A stretch of 64,000 nucleotides of DNA from Chloroflexota bacterium (GTDB lineage Bacteria > Chloroflexota > Dehalococcoidia > Lucifugimonadales > SAR202-VII-2). The stretch lies in assembly GCA_003228115.1 (NCBI GenBank), contig QEVV01000004.1:165577-229576 (forward strand), read 5' to 3'. The notes beneath the pieces were generated by a model, which saw only the letters and a program-made list of their open reading frames with translations, had not been told where the DNA came from and did no database searches. The position numbers and the translations under genes were made by a program. The stretch's first letter is position 1. The number at the start of each line of letters is the position of its first letter. Positions 54,202 to 62,702 of the stretch are shown one piece after another.

Positions 54202-55665
54202 CTACTCCCCGCTGCCGCTCATCGACAGCGACATATCGCCCTTTTGAACAACAACATGCGTGAAACCACTCTTCTTGGACAGCTGTTCTACCAACGCAAC
54301 CAGTGGTTGCCGAGCGCTTAAAAAGTCCTCAGGCGTACTGGCTACGCCCATGGCATTGAACCCTTCATCGCCCCCGAACACACGTAGGATCAACTCTTCG
54401 TCGGAAATGTTCTCGCCGTACTGGTGGCGAAGCTCCTTTAGCGACGGATCCGGCGGCTCCCAGTTGGCCCATTCCCTACCCCGCGGCCGGTCGAGTATCT
54501 TGGCCCGCACGTCCTGGTTCATACCGGTGACGGGTTCCCTACCCCACAGGCCCAGGCTGTACTGGATAACTTCGTCGCTGACCTGCTTGTACCGCTCGCC
54601 GGTGATCACGTTCATCGCCGCCTGGCTGCCCACAAACTGCGATAGCGGCGTCACCATAATGGGGTACCCGAACTCCTCCCGCACCTTGACCGCTTCCTCC
54701 AACGTCTCCTGGAGCTTGTCTCCCATTCCCACGATCTTCAACTGATACGCCAGGTTGGAAATCATCCCGCCCGGCACCTGATGCGTGTAGACCGCCTGGT
54801 CGAACACGCGCGGCTCGCCAATCGGCAGATGCTCCCGCTTGGCGATGATATTCAATTTTTCCTCAGCGGCCCGCAGCGGCTCTTCGTCGATAACGGCATC
54901 AAAGCCCAACGCTCGCAGGTTCTGCGCCACGTTGAAAATCGACGGTTGAGAGGTGCCGTTTGCCAGCGGTGGCACTGACGTGTGGATGTACTTGATCCCA
55001 CCCTTGGCCACTTCCAAGGCGTTGAGTGGCGACAGCCCGTTGTTGGAATGGGCGTGGAACTCCAGTTCGATGTCGCCAACGTTCTCGGTGTAGATGGGGG
55101 TTAGCTCCCGTACCCGCTCGGGCGTCAGTAACCCCCCAACGTCCTTGAAGCAAATGCGGTACGGCTTGATCTCAGCAGCCTTCTTGATGCGCTCCAGCCA
55201 ATACTCGTTCGTGTGCTTGGGCGACTCCGAATAGATAACGTTGAGGACCGTCTTCATCCCCAGAGCTTTGAGGTCGTCCAGTTCTTCCTTGAACTCGTCG
55301 AAGTCGTTCCAAGGGTTGGACGTCCGGTTGACGTGAATGCCGTGGTCGAAAACCATCTGCGCCAGAAGCCGGCACGCCGACAGCGGAACCTTGCTCAACC
55401 CCCCTCGGATGCCTCCGTGCAGCCGGAGTTCGGTCTTGGTATTGAGGGCCGTGCCCCGCTTCAGCCACTCAAGCGCGTCCTCGCCCAGGTCCTTGCCCAT
55501 CTTCCTGATCTGAGCCGTCAGCACCGTGAACTCAATGGCATCGAATCCCGCTTTGTCCAAGTCGGGAAGAACGGACAACATCATGCCCGTCTTCATGTTC
55601 AGCGCCCAAAGACTCTGGTGGCCGTCTCGAATAGTAGTGTCAACGAACTTGATCTCTGTAGCCAT
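54202..55665 (-). CDS. carboxyltransferase (oxaloacetate decarboxylase alpha / pyruvate carboxylase B / transcarboxylase 5S-like) lacking a biotinyl domain
   Basis: F.DTTIRDGHQSL, EFHAHSNNG, THQVPGGMISNL and TPLSQFVGSQA motifs. 487 aa with no C-terminal AMKM biotinylation motif. Confidence 0.85.
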   Translation of the reverse strand: MATEIKFVDTTIRDGHQSLWALNMKTGMMLSVLPDLDKAGFDAIEFTVLTAQIRKMGKDLGEDALEWLKRGTALNTKTELRLHGGIRGGLSKVPLSACRLLAQMVFDHGIHVNRTSNPWNDFDEFKEELDDLKALGMKTVLNVIYSESPKHTNEYWLERIKKAAEIKPYRICFKDVGGLLTPERVRELTPIYTENVGDIELEFHAHSNNGLSPLNALEVAKGGIKYIHTSVPPLANGTSQPSIFNVAQNLRALGFDAVIDEEPLRAAEEKLNIIAKREHLPIGEPRVFDQAVYTHQVPGGMISNLAYQLKIVGMGDKLQETLEEAVKVREEFGYPIMVTPLSQFVGSQAAMNVITGERYKQVSDEVIQYSLGLWGREPVTGMNQDVRAKILDRPRGREWANWEPPDPSLKELRHQYGENISDEELILRVFGGDEGFNAMGVASTPEDFLSARQPLVALVEQLSKKSGFTHVVVQKGDMSLSMSGSGE

Positions 55666-55893
55666 GCCTTCTCCACGTTAAGGGGTTGTCGTCGTTTGCC
55701 CCGACACAGTACCACGCAGGGCAAAAAGCGCCAATCAGGTTGCCGTGGTGGGGCATTGTCATGCTGGAGCGACCAGAAGAGAACGGCCTAGATCTTGCAC
55801 CCGTAAACTTGTCGTTTCGACCGGAGCACAGCCCTTCGAGGATACTCAGGACAGGCTCCGCGGAGAAACCTTGCTAGTGAAGAACCACGTTCC

Positions 55894-55930
55894 GGTAGGG
55901 GCGGTGTCTCAGACCCGCCCAAAACGTCGG
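55894..55930. repeat. Family-D REP-like hairpin
   Basis: Sequence ggtaggggcggtgtctcagacccgcccaaaacgtcgg. Confidence 0.75.
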
Positions 55931-56013
55931 TCATCACCGGCCCAGGCCATCTGGCACCCCGGGCCGGTCTGGTACCAGTATTCGGGACTATAATACTCCA
56001 GCGAAAGGAATAC

Positions 56014-56459
56014 ATGCCCAACCCCACCCAACCGACCCCCCAACAAGCGGCCATCCTGCACAGCGCCCGCGTCGCCCGCCTAGCCACCGCCGACGCCAAG
56101 GGCCAACCCTATACCTTGTGCCCCTCTGCTTCGCGTACGACGGCGCCCACATCTACACCACCACCGACGCCAAGCCAAAGTCGACCCAGGGGCGCCTGCT
56201 CAAAAGGGTGCGCAACATCCTAGAGAACCCGCAGGTCTCCGTCCTCATCGACCACTACGAAGAAGACTGGGACAAGCTCTACTACGTCCTGGTGTTGGGG
56301 AAAGCCGTCGTGCTGGAAAAGGGCAATGAGCGAGGCCGAGCATTGACCCTGTTGAGTGACAAGTACCCTCAGTACAAACACATGGACCTTGCCGAGGAGG
56401 CCGTCCTCCGCATCACGCCTCGCCGTGTTCGCAGCTGGGGCAGGCTGCCGGACGCCTAG
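56014..56459 (+). pseudogene. PPOX-class (F420-dependent, TIGR03668-like) oxidoreductase with a frameshift near 56113
   Basis: N-terminal ARVARLATADAKGQPY in one frame joins LVPLCFAYDGAHIYTTTDAKPK...LLKRVRNILENPQVSVLIDHYEEDW in another. Two extra nt (ac, 56113-56114) lie between them. Confidence 0.55.
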
Positions 56460-56850
56460 GGTGCATCGGTGGCCAGCCCGAAACATCTGCCGTCGCCGGC
56501 CCACGCCCCCTCTGACAGGCATCATTTGAACCGTCCATGACATGAGCGCCTTCTCGGCTGCAGTTGGCAAGCCAGAGGGTAGCGCGCCCCAACATGCTCC
56601 CGATCCCACTCCTGAGCAGGCATCGGACCTACGCCTTCCCCGAGTCCCCCCGTCCCGTTATCGCAACTGTAAGGGCCATCCCCATCATTGGGCATAACAG
56701 TGTCGTCAGGCTAAGTGCTAGCCACTCGTTAATAATCATGTCAGTGCCAAGGTCAGGGAAAGAGCGCAATTCAACCCAACTCTGGATTAAGGGGTGTCCG
56801 GTTTTCTGGCCCCCAAGCATTACAGTTAGTGAGGCGGTAAGAAAAGGAGC

Positions 56851-57399
56851 TTGGAATTGGACGATTCGCTCGTTATAGAACAGGTACGGGGTGGCAGGAC
56901 GGACGCGTTCAGCCATGTCGTGGAGCGCTACCAGGCTCCCATCGCACGATACCTATCGCGCATGACCGGGAACCATGACGTCGCCCAAGACTTGGCGCAG
57001 GACACGTTCATTCAGGCCTACCGCGGAATCCTGAAAACGACGTCCGAACTGAGCTTCAAGGCCTGGCTATACAAGATCGCCACCAACAACGCCCGCCAGT
57101 ACCACCGAAGACGGCAACTTCTGTCGTTCCTTCCCTTCACGGGGTCGGAGAACTTCAGCGTTGGGGGTGACGACCCCGTGTCCGACTCCGTGGGCGACCG
57201 TCTGATGGTGCAGCAGGCAATGTTGAAGGTGTCGCATGACCGCCGCACGTGCATGGTCCTCCATTTCGTGGAAGGGCTGAAGTACAGAGAGATAGCGGAG
57301 GTCATCGGCACAACGGAGGAAGCAGTGCGGAAGCAAGTTGCGAGAGGAAGCAAGGACTTTCGCGAGGCGTACGGGAAACTATCGGGAGAGAGCCAATGA
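56851..57399 (+). CDS. ECF-type RNA polymerase sigma-70 factor
   Basis: Region 2 (F..VVERYQ..I..Y....TGN...AQDLAQDTFIQAY) and region 4 (L.F.EGLKYREIAEV.G..E..V). The start is TTG 56851 or 56857, after AAAGGAG. Confidence 0.9.
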   Translation: MELDDSLVIEQVRGGRTDAFSHVVERYQAPIARYLSRMTGNHDVAQDLAQDTFIQAYRGILKTTSELSFKAWLYKIATNNARQYHRRRQLLSFLPFTGSENFSVGGDDPVSDSVGDRLMVQQAMLKVSHDRRTCMVLHFVEGLKYREIAEVIGTTEEAVRKQVARGSKDFREAYGKLSGESQ

Positions 57400-58520
57400 T
57401 GGAACACAACAACATCCAAGAACTCTTGTCGGCCTATGCCAATGACGAACTGGCCCGTACCCAACGGGAATTTGTCGAACAGCACCTCCCCAGCTGCCCA
57501 AGCTGCCAGGCGGAGCTGAACGATTACCGGTGGGTGCGGAGCAGGGTTGGCCTTTTGGCTACGGTCCCGGCGGAGTCAGACATTAAGGGGAAAACAATGG
57601 CTTCCATTAGAACCATCGCCGCTCAGAATGAAGGTGTCTATGCAGGAAACGCCAAAGCTGATTGGCGTAGGAGACTCGGCATCCATCGGCTGCCGCGCCC
57701 TGCTCTGGTCATCGCTGCCGTCGCAGCAGTGATCATCACTCCACTAGCACTGCAACTGACAGGTGGAGGACCAGGAGGAGGAATTGCCTCGGCCTATGCA
57801 GCAACTGAGGCGCTTGGGTCGTTCAGGATGTCGGGGACGACGGTGTCTTCCTTCGGCGGCTCAACATCAGAGGTGGCCTTCAATTGGGACTTCGTGGCGC
57901 CGGACAGGTACAAGGGTGCCCTGGCAACTCCAGCCGGGTTGCAGGAATTCGTCATCGTTGGTGATGAGCAGTATTCCCGCCTGCCGGAAAACGCCGGGAA
58001 TGGTGTCACGGTCATTGAAATGGACGGCTACAGCGTCTTCAGTCCAGTCCCCACCCGGGCTGGCACGCTGCTGATCCTCGACTCCCTCACCGGCGTGGAG
58101 ACCCTGCCCGACGTGACGGTTGATGGCATCCCCACACTGCATTATCAAGGAGCGGTCGATGTCGATCGAATAATCGACGAGCAGGCGGCGCTTCTCAACC
58201 CTGGCGCATCGGACTACCTGGAGCAGGTCGCAGCGCTGGACTATCAGCGCTCGGTGAAGATCGATGTCGAACTGTGGATTAATGCCGATGATTCGACGCT
58301 GCGGCAAATGACCCTGAACACGGAAGCTCCAACGTTCGTCAGCGACGAAAACGGCAGCCGCTTTGAAGGGGTGTCGACCTTCAGCACCGCTGTGAAGTTC
58401 TCCGACCTGAATGCGCCATTCTCCATTGACCCTCCAATGGATGAGAACGGCGAGCTGCAATCCGGCTGGCAGGCTTCGGGCAGTGCCCCAGCGCCAGCAG
58501 TGCAGAAAGAAGTCAGATAG
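57396..58520 (+). CDS. anti-sigma factor (zf-HC2) with TM helix and extracytoplasmic domain
   Basis: The ATG overlaps the sigma stop (ATGA). HLPSCPSCQAEL zinc-finger motif, a single TM helix (ALVIAAVAAVIITPLAL), and a beta-rich ectodomain of about 230 aa. Confidence 0.7.
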   Translation: MMEHNNIQELLSAYANDELARTQREFVEQHLPSCPSCQAELNDYRWVRSRVGLLATVPAESDIKGKTMASIRTIAAQNEGVYAGNAKADWRRRLGIHRLPRPALVIAAVAAVIITPLALQLTGGGPGGGIASAYAATEALGSFRMSGTTVSSFGGSTSEVAFNWDFVAPDRYKGALATPAGLQEFVIVGDEQYSRLPENAGNGVTVIEMDGYSVFSPVPTRAGTLLILDSLTGVETLPDVTVDGIPTLHYQGAVDVDRIIDEQAALLNPGASDYLEQVAALDYQRSVKIDVELWINADDSTLRQMTLNTEAPTFVSDENGSRFEGVSTFSTAVKFSDLNAPFSIDPPMDENGELQSGWQASGSAPAPAVQKEVR

Positions 58521-58565
58521 CGTTCTGCCTGAGATAGTGAATTCGAACAAAAAAGGAGACATATC

Positions 58566-58799
58566 ATGGACTGGGGATGGATCATACTATTCGGTTTGGC
58601 GATAGTCGGAGCGGCGTTGATAGTCGGTGGAGTCGTCGCCTACCGTGGCATGGCAGATGGCGCCCCGAAGGGCATGGCGGCAGCAGGAATCGCAGCAGGG
58701 ATAGTCATGTGGGCAATCGTCCTCATGGCGGCGCCACTCTCAATGTCCTCCAGCGAGTCGCCTCCGCCGGACATCACCATGCAAACGACGGCGCAATAG
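58566..58799 (+). CDS. small two-TM membrane protein
   Basis: 77-aa hydrophobic ORF preceded by AAAGGAG, co-oriented with the sigma/anti-sigma pair. Confidence 0.4.
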   Translation: MDWGWIILFGLAIVGAALIVGGVVAYRGMADGAPKGMAAAGIAAGIVMWAIVLMAAPLSMSSSESPPPDITMQTTAQ

Positions 58800-58859
58800 C
58801 TTCTCAGCGCAACGTCGTTCAAGGAACCGGCCGCGCTAACGAACCAATAGGGCTAGGAA

Positions 58860-58898
58860 CTAGGGAGCGAAGTCATCCTTCGCTCCCTAGTTGTTTGT
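58860..58898 (+). terminator. intrinsic terminator
   Basis: ctagggagcgaag-tcatc-cttcgctccctag followed by ttgtttgt. Confidence 0.75.
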
Positions 58899-59027
58899 CG
58901 ACTCCCCGCTCGGTTGCCTCCGCACCACACCGCACCACATCCGAAGCTGGGGGACTCTGCCGGAGGGGTGAAAGACTAGAGAGTACTAATTCAGCACCAG
59001 AATTGCCCAAGGGAGGACGGCAATCCG

Positions 59028-59066
59028 TCCCCTCTCCCTCGAGGGAGAGGGCTAGGGAGAGGGGGG
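59028..59066. repeat. Family-B hairpin repeat
   Basis: Sequence tcccctctccctcgagggagagggctagggagagggggg. A half-copy (cggagagggccgggggtgagc) lies at 59116-59136. Confidence 0.7.
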
Positions 59067-59144
59067 AACTTGCGCCCCCCACAGGTCATGCCACGCTGGA
59101 CCCCCCATCAGCTTGCGGAGAGGGCCGGGGGTGAGCCTGCCCCC

Positions 59145-59348
59145 CTACCCGCCCCCCACCGGCCGCACTATCTCAAGATCGTCGCCCTGCTTGAGCACAA
59201 TGCCGCCGAAGTCGGCCCGGTCAACTACCTGCCCGTTGTAAGCCACCGCCACAAACTGCAAGTTGACCCCCAACGACTCCAGGTACCCCTGAAGCGTAAA
59301 GTCGTCCTCTAGCTCTCGCGTCTTGCCGTTGACAGTCAGAGTTGCCAT
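59145..59348 (-). CDS. thiS: sulfur carrier protein ThiS
   Basis: MATLTVNGKTRELE....L..L........VAVA.NG.VV.R.......L..GD.LEIV.PVGGG with a C-terminal GG. An upstream ATG at 59360 is also possible. Confidence 0.85.
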   Translation of the reverse strand: MATLTVNGKTRELEDDFTLQGYLESLGVNLQFVAVAYNGQVVDRADFGGIVLKQGDDLEIVRPVGGG

Positions 59349-59361
59349 GAATTTGCTCATC

Positions 59362-59397
59362 TCCTCCCCTGTAGACGGGGGAGGATTAAGGTGGGGG
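59362..59397. repeat. Family-B hairpin repeat between thiE and thiS
   Basis: Sequence tcctcccctgtagacgggggaggattaaggtggggg. Confidence 0.7.
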
Positions 59398-59399
59398 TG

Positions 59400-60041
59400 T
59401 TACTCGTTCCTCTTCCGCCACTCAGCTTCGATCACGCGCTTTAGCGTAGCCGAAGCCGCCTCCGGCTCCTCAGACGCCAGAATTGCCCGCACCACCGCCA
59501 CTCCCGACGCTCCTCCCTCGATGACCTCTCTGGCGTTTCCCCCGGTGATGCCACCAATCCCGACGACCGGCGCCGAGACGCATGACGCCAGCACAGTGAC
59601 CAACCCAACTCCCGACGCTTCAAGCTCTGGATGCGTTTGGGACGGAAAGACGGTGCCAACCTGCACCAGGTCCGCCCCCTGCTCGGCGGCTTCGATGGCT
59701 GTCTGGAGGCTGTGTACCGACCGGCCAATGAGCAAACGGTCCCCGGCTATTCTCCGGGCCTCGGCCACCGGAAGACCGGCCTCCGGCAACTGCACGCCGT
59801 CCGCCTCGGATGCCAAAGCGACGTCAATTCGGTCATTCACAAAGAGGAGGGCTCGGCCCTGAGTCACGATCCGCAACTCGCAGGCCAAAGCTAGCAATTC
59901 ACGGGCGGGAAGGCTTCTGTCTCGAAGCTGAACGAGGTTCACCCCACCGGCCACCGCCTTGTCGACGGCTTCCACGAGCGGCCGGGCTCCCAACACCGAT
60001 GCGTCGGTTACCAGGCAGAGGATGGGTCTCGGTAGGTCCAT
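59400..60041 (-). CDS. thiE: thiamine-phosphate synthase
   Basis: LCLVTD, VQLRDR, NDRIDVALA..ADGVQL, and GGI....A......GA.GVAV motifs. Start set to ATG 60041. Confidence 0.9.
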   Translation of the reverse strand: MDLPRPILCLVTDASVLGARPLVEAVDKAVAGGVNLVQLRDRSLPARELLALACELRIVTQGRALLFVNDRIDVALASEADGVQLPEAGLPVAEARRIAGDRLLIGRSVHSLQTAIEAAEQGADLVQVGTVFPSQTHPELEASGVGLVTVLASCVSAPVVGIGGITGGNAREVIEGGASGVAVVRAILASEEPEAASATLKRVIEAEWRKRNE

Positions 60042-60048
60042 CGTGTAG

Positions 60049-60831
60049 CTAGCCCTTGCTGCCCACGACGCCCTCAATCGGGCTGCTGGCGGTAGCGTAG
60101 GCCTTCCGTGGAATGCGGCCCGCCAAGAACGCCTTGCGCCCCGCTTCAACGCCAAGCTTGAAAGCCTCGCCCATCAGCGCCGGGTCCTGTGCCTGAGCGA
60201 TGGCCGTGTTCACCAGCACCGCGTCGGCCCCCAACTCCATTGCCATCGAGGCGTCGGAGGGAACACCCAGCCCGGCGTCGACAACTACAGGAATCGACGC
60301 CTGTTCAATGATGATCTTGATCTGCTCAAAGGAGACCATGCCCTGCCCCGACCCGATGGGAGCGGCCAGCGGCATGACCGTGGCGCAGCCCGCCTCTTCT
60401 AAGTGCCGGGCCAGCACGGGGTCGTAGTTGATGTAGGGCAAAACGGTGAACCCTTCTTCGACCATCTGCCGCGCCGCCTCCAATGTGCCGATGGGGTCCG
60501 GCAGCAGGTACTTGGCGTCCGGAATCACCTCAAGCTTGATGAGGTCGCCCAAACCCATCGCCCTGGCCAGCCGTGCGACCGTTAGCGCTTCCTCTGCGGT
60601 CTGGCACCCGGCCGTATTGGGGAGAATCGTGTAGCGGTTCCAGTCGATCTCGTCCAGGATGGTGCGCTTGTTGGGGTCGTCCAAGTCCAAGCGGCGCAGC
60701 GCGACCGTGACCATTTCCGCCCCCGACGCCTCAATGGAAGCAATCATTTCTTCCGTAGACCGGTGCTTCCCCGTGCCCACGATCAGGCGAGACCGAAAAG
60801 TCTTGCCACCGATAACCAAGTCATCCGCCAT
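60049..60831 (-). CDS. thiG: thiazole synthase
   Basis: L.IGGK.F.SRL..GTGK...........ASG.E.VTVA.RR and PIG.G.G motifs. ATG 60831 is preceded by AGGAGG. Confidence 0.95.
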   Translation of the reverse strand: MADDLVIGGKTFRSRLIVGTGKHRSTEEMIASIEASGAEMVTVALRRLDLDDPNKRTILDEIDWNRYTILPNTAGCQTAEEALTVARLARAMGLGDLIKLEVIPDAKYLLPDPIGTLEAARQMVEEGFTVLPYINYDPVLARHLEEAGCATVMPLAAPIGSGQGMVSFEQIKIIIEQASIPVVVDAGLGVPSDASMAMELGADAVLVNTAIAQAQDPALMGEAFKLGVEAGRKAFLAGRIPRKAYATASSPIEGVVGSKG

Positions 60832-60846
60832 CAAGCACCTCCTAGC

Positions 60847-60883
60847 CCAAAAGAAACGCCGCTGGCTATGATCGCCAGCGGCG
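60847..60883 (-). terminator. riboswitch expression-platform terminator
   Basis: The minus-strand RNA reads ccgccgcuggcg-aucaua-gccagcggcg followed by uuucuuuugg, between the TPP aptamer and the thiG RBS. Confidence 0.7.
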
Positions 60884-60894
60884 GAATACGTTCG

Positions 60895-60990
60895 ACACGT
60901 CACTCCCTGTCTGGCATTACCCAGTTAGGTCAGGCGGTCGGCGACGTGCTGGTCGCCCTCTCAGCCCGGCCAACCCCGAGCTCCCGACTG
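60895..60990 (-). promoter_or_regulatory. TPP (THI-box) riboswitch
   Basis: The minus strand reads GCUCGGGGUUGGCCGGGCUGAGAGGGCGACC...CCUGACCUAACUGGGUAAUGCCAGACAGGGAGUG. The conserved elements CUGAGA, CCUGA..CUGG.UAAUGCCAG and AGGGA are all present. Confidence 0.85.
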
Positions 60991-61206
60991 TCTCTCTGCG
61001 ATTTTCGTCACCTTAGCAAAGGGGCAGAAGCCCCGTCAATTACAACACATCGTTGCGAGTCTCGGTACTCCGAAACGTGGCAACCTAGTGGGGCGGGACA
61101 TGCACCGAAGATACCGCCGACGGCGCGGAGAGCACCCGGAGTATATATACCCGGGACAACGGATCTCTCCCTGCCTGCACACCCTCCGCATTCAACATTT
61201 CCCCAG

Positions 61207-61313
61207 CGCCGCAGGCTCGGGTGCAGGGGCAAAGCCCCGCCGGGGATTACAGGGGGCGTCCCCCTGTAACTAAAACATTCGAGGGCGGGCTGGGTGGGAC
61301 AGCGGCCTCCGCC
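61207..61313 (+). repeat. Family-A element, copy 13
   Basis: Sequence cgccgcaggctcgggtgcaggggcaaagccccgccggggattacagggggcgtccccctgtaa..aacattcgagggcgggctgggtgggacagcggc. Confidence 0.9.
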
Positions 61314-61418
61314 ACACCAAACCGCCCGCCCTGGCAGCCCCCCAGATGCTTCGTCGGCAAAAGTCAGTCTAGAGCCAGCGCGTCCAACCGACTCCTCAGC
61401 GTGACAATTTTCCTCCAT

Positions 61419-61524
61419 GCGCCGCAGGCTCGGGTGCAGGGGCGGAAGCCCTGCCGGGGTTACAGGGGGTGTCCCCCTGTAACTAAAACATTCGAGGGCG
61501 GGATGGGTGGGACCTCAGCGTCCG
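61419..61524 (+). repeat. Family-A element, copy 14
   Basis: Sequence gcgccgcaggctcgggtgcaggggcggaagccctgccggggttacagggggtgtccccctgtaa..aacattcgagggcgggatgggtgggac. Confidence 0.9.
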
Positions 61525-61591
61525 TTTTACGAAACCCTCAGCCCACAACGCGCCAATGCACAAAAGCCAATCGTGTCTACGGCAAGCCCTC

Positions 61592-61618
61592 GGGCGGGTC
61601 TGAGACCCGCCCCCTACC
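61592..61618. repeat. Family-D REP-like hairpin (inverted orientation)
   Basis: Sequence gggcgggtctgagacccgccccctacc, about 30 bp downstream of the fdh stop; a probable terminator. Confidence 0.75.
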
Positions 61619-61646
61619 AACCGCCCATCCGGCGACTGCCCCGCCG

Positions 61647-62702
61647 CTACTTCTCGTAAGCTGAGCGATAGCTGGGGCTCACCACCTTGCCCCCGTCCAC
61701 AATCAAGAAGTCCGGGTCCAGCGCCTGCCCTTTGAAGAACCGCTCCAAACAGTCGCCAACGCCGTCGGCGTAGCGCTTCTGCGCCTCCAACGTCGTGCCC
61801 GACACATGGGGCGTCATCGCATGGTTCGGCATAGAACGCCAAGGGTGGTCGGCAGGCGCAGGCTGGGGATACCACACGTCGCCGGCGTACCCGGCAAGCT
61901 GCCCCGACTTCAGCGCCTCAACCAGCGATTCTGCATGCACGATGCGTCCCCGCGCCGTATTGACAACATTCACCCCGCGCTTCATTTTGGCGAACATCTC
62001 CCGGTTGAACATCTCCTGGGTCGCCGGCGTCAGTGGAGCGTTGATGCTCAACACATCGCAGATGGGCAGCATCTTTTCCAGGGGCAGGTAGCGGCAACCC
62101 AGCACCTGCTCCTCCGTCGTCGTCATGCGGCGCTGGTCGTGGTAGTAGACCGTTACGTCGAAGGGCTTCAGCCGCGCGGCAACCCGCTGACCGATGCGGC
62201 CCATGCCAAAGATGCCAACCGTCTTGTCCTCTAAGTCATGCGACCTCGCAGCGACGGTGCCGATGTCCCACAGCCCGTCCACCACCTGCTGGTAAGAGGG
62301 AATGTAGTTGCGAACCAGCGCCAGAGTCATCATGACAACGTGCTCAGCCACGCTGACCACGTTGCTGCCGGTGACCTCTGCCACCGTCACGTTGTGGTCC
62401 GCCGCCGCCGCCAAGTCGAAGTGGTCCGACCCCACGCCCGCCGTCAGCAACAGTTTCAAGTTCGGCGCCTTTTCGATGCGGTCACGCATGACATAAGCAG
62501 GCCAGAAAGGTGTGGCGATGATGACGTCAGCCGTAGGGACATGGGCGTCCAGCCCTGCCCCGGCATCGGTGATCGATACCAACTCATGGCCCGCCGCCTC
62601 CACCATCTCTCGCAGGCCCAGCGCATTCTCGGCGCAACCCAGCAACTCAGGCGTAGTCTTCGCAGCCTCGCCCCCCGGATACAACACAGCAACGATCTTC
62701 AT
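61647..62702 (-). CDS. fdh: NAD-dependent formate dehydrogenase (D-2-hydroxyacid dehydrogenase superfamily)
   Basis: Strong collinear similarity to the Pseudomonas sp. 101 type FDH: PFWPAY, LLLTAGVGSDH.DL, NVTVAEVTGSNV.SVAEHVVM, GRIG, NTARG, LAGYAGDVW.PQPAP.DHPWR.MP, TPH.SGTTL.AQ.RY. Confidence 0.9.
   Translation of the reverse strand: MKIVAVLYPGGEAAKTTPELLGCAENALGLREMVEAAGHELVSITDAGAGLDAHVPTADVIIATPFWPAYVMRDRIEKAPNLKLLLTAGVGSDHFDLAAAADHNVTVAEVTGSNVVSVAEHVVMMTLALVRNYIPSYQQVVDGLWDIGTVAARSHDLEDKTVGIFGMGRIGQRVAARLKPFDVTVYYHDQRRMTTTEEQVLGCRYLPLEKMLPICDVLSINAPLTPATQEMFNREMFAKMKRGVNVVNTARGRIVHAESLVEALKSGQLAGYAGDVWYPQPAPADHPWRSMPNHAMTPHVSGTTLEAQKRYADGVGDCLERFFKGQALDPDFLIVDGGKVVSPSYRSAYEK

Noticed and set aside
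61647-62702. Formate dehydrogenase as a selenoprotein supporting Sec usage.
   Set aside because: This is the NAD-dependent, metal-free D-2-hydroxyacid-dehydrogenase-type FDH with an uninterrupted ORF. It says nothing about Sec machinery.
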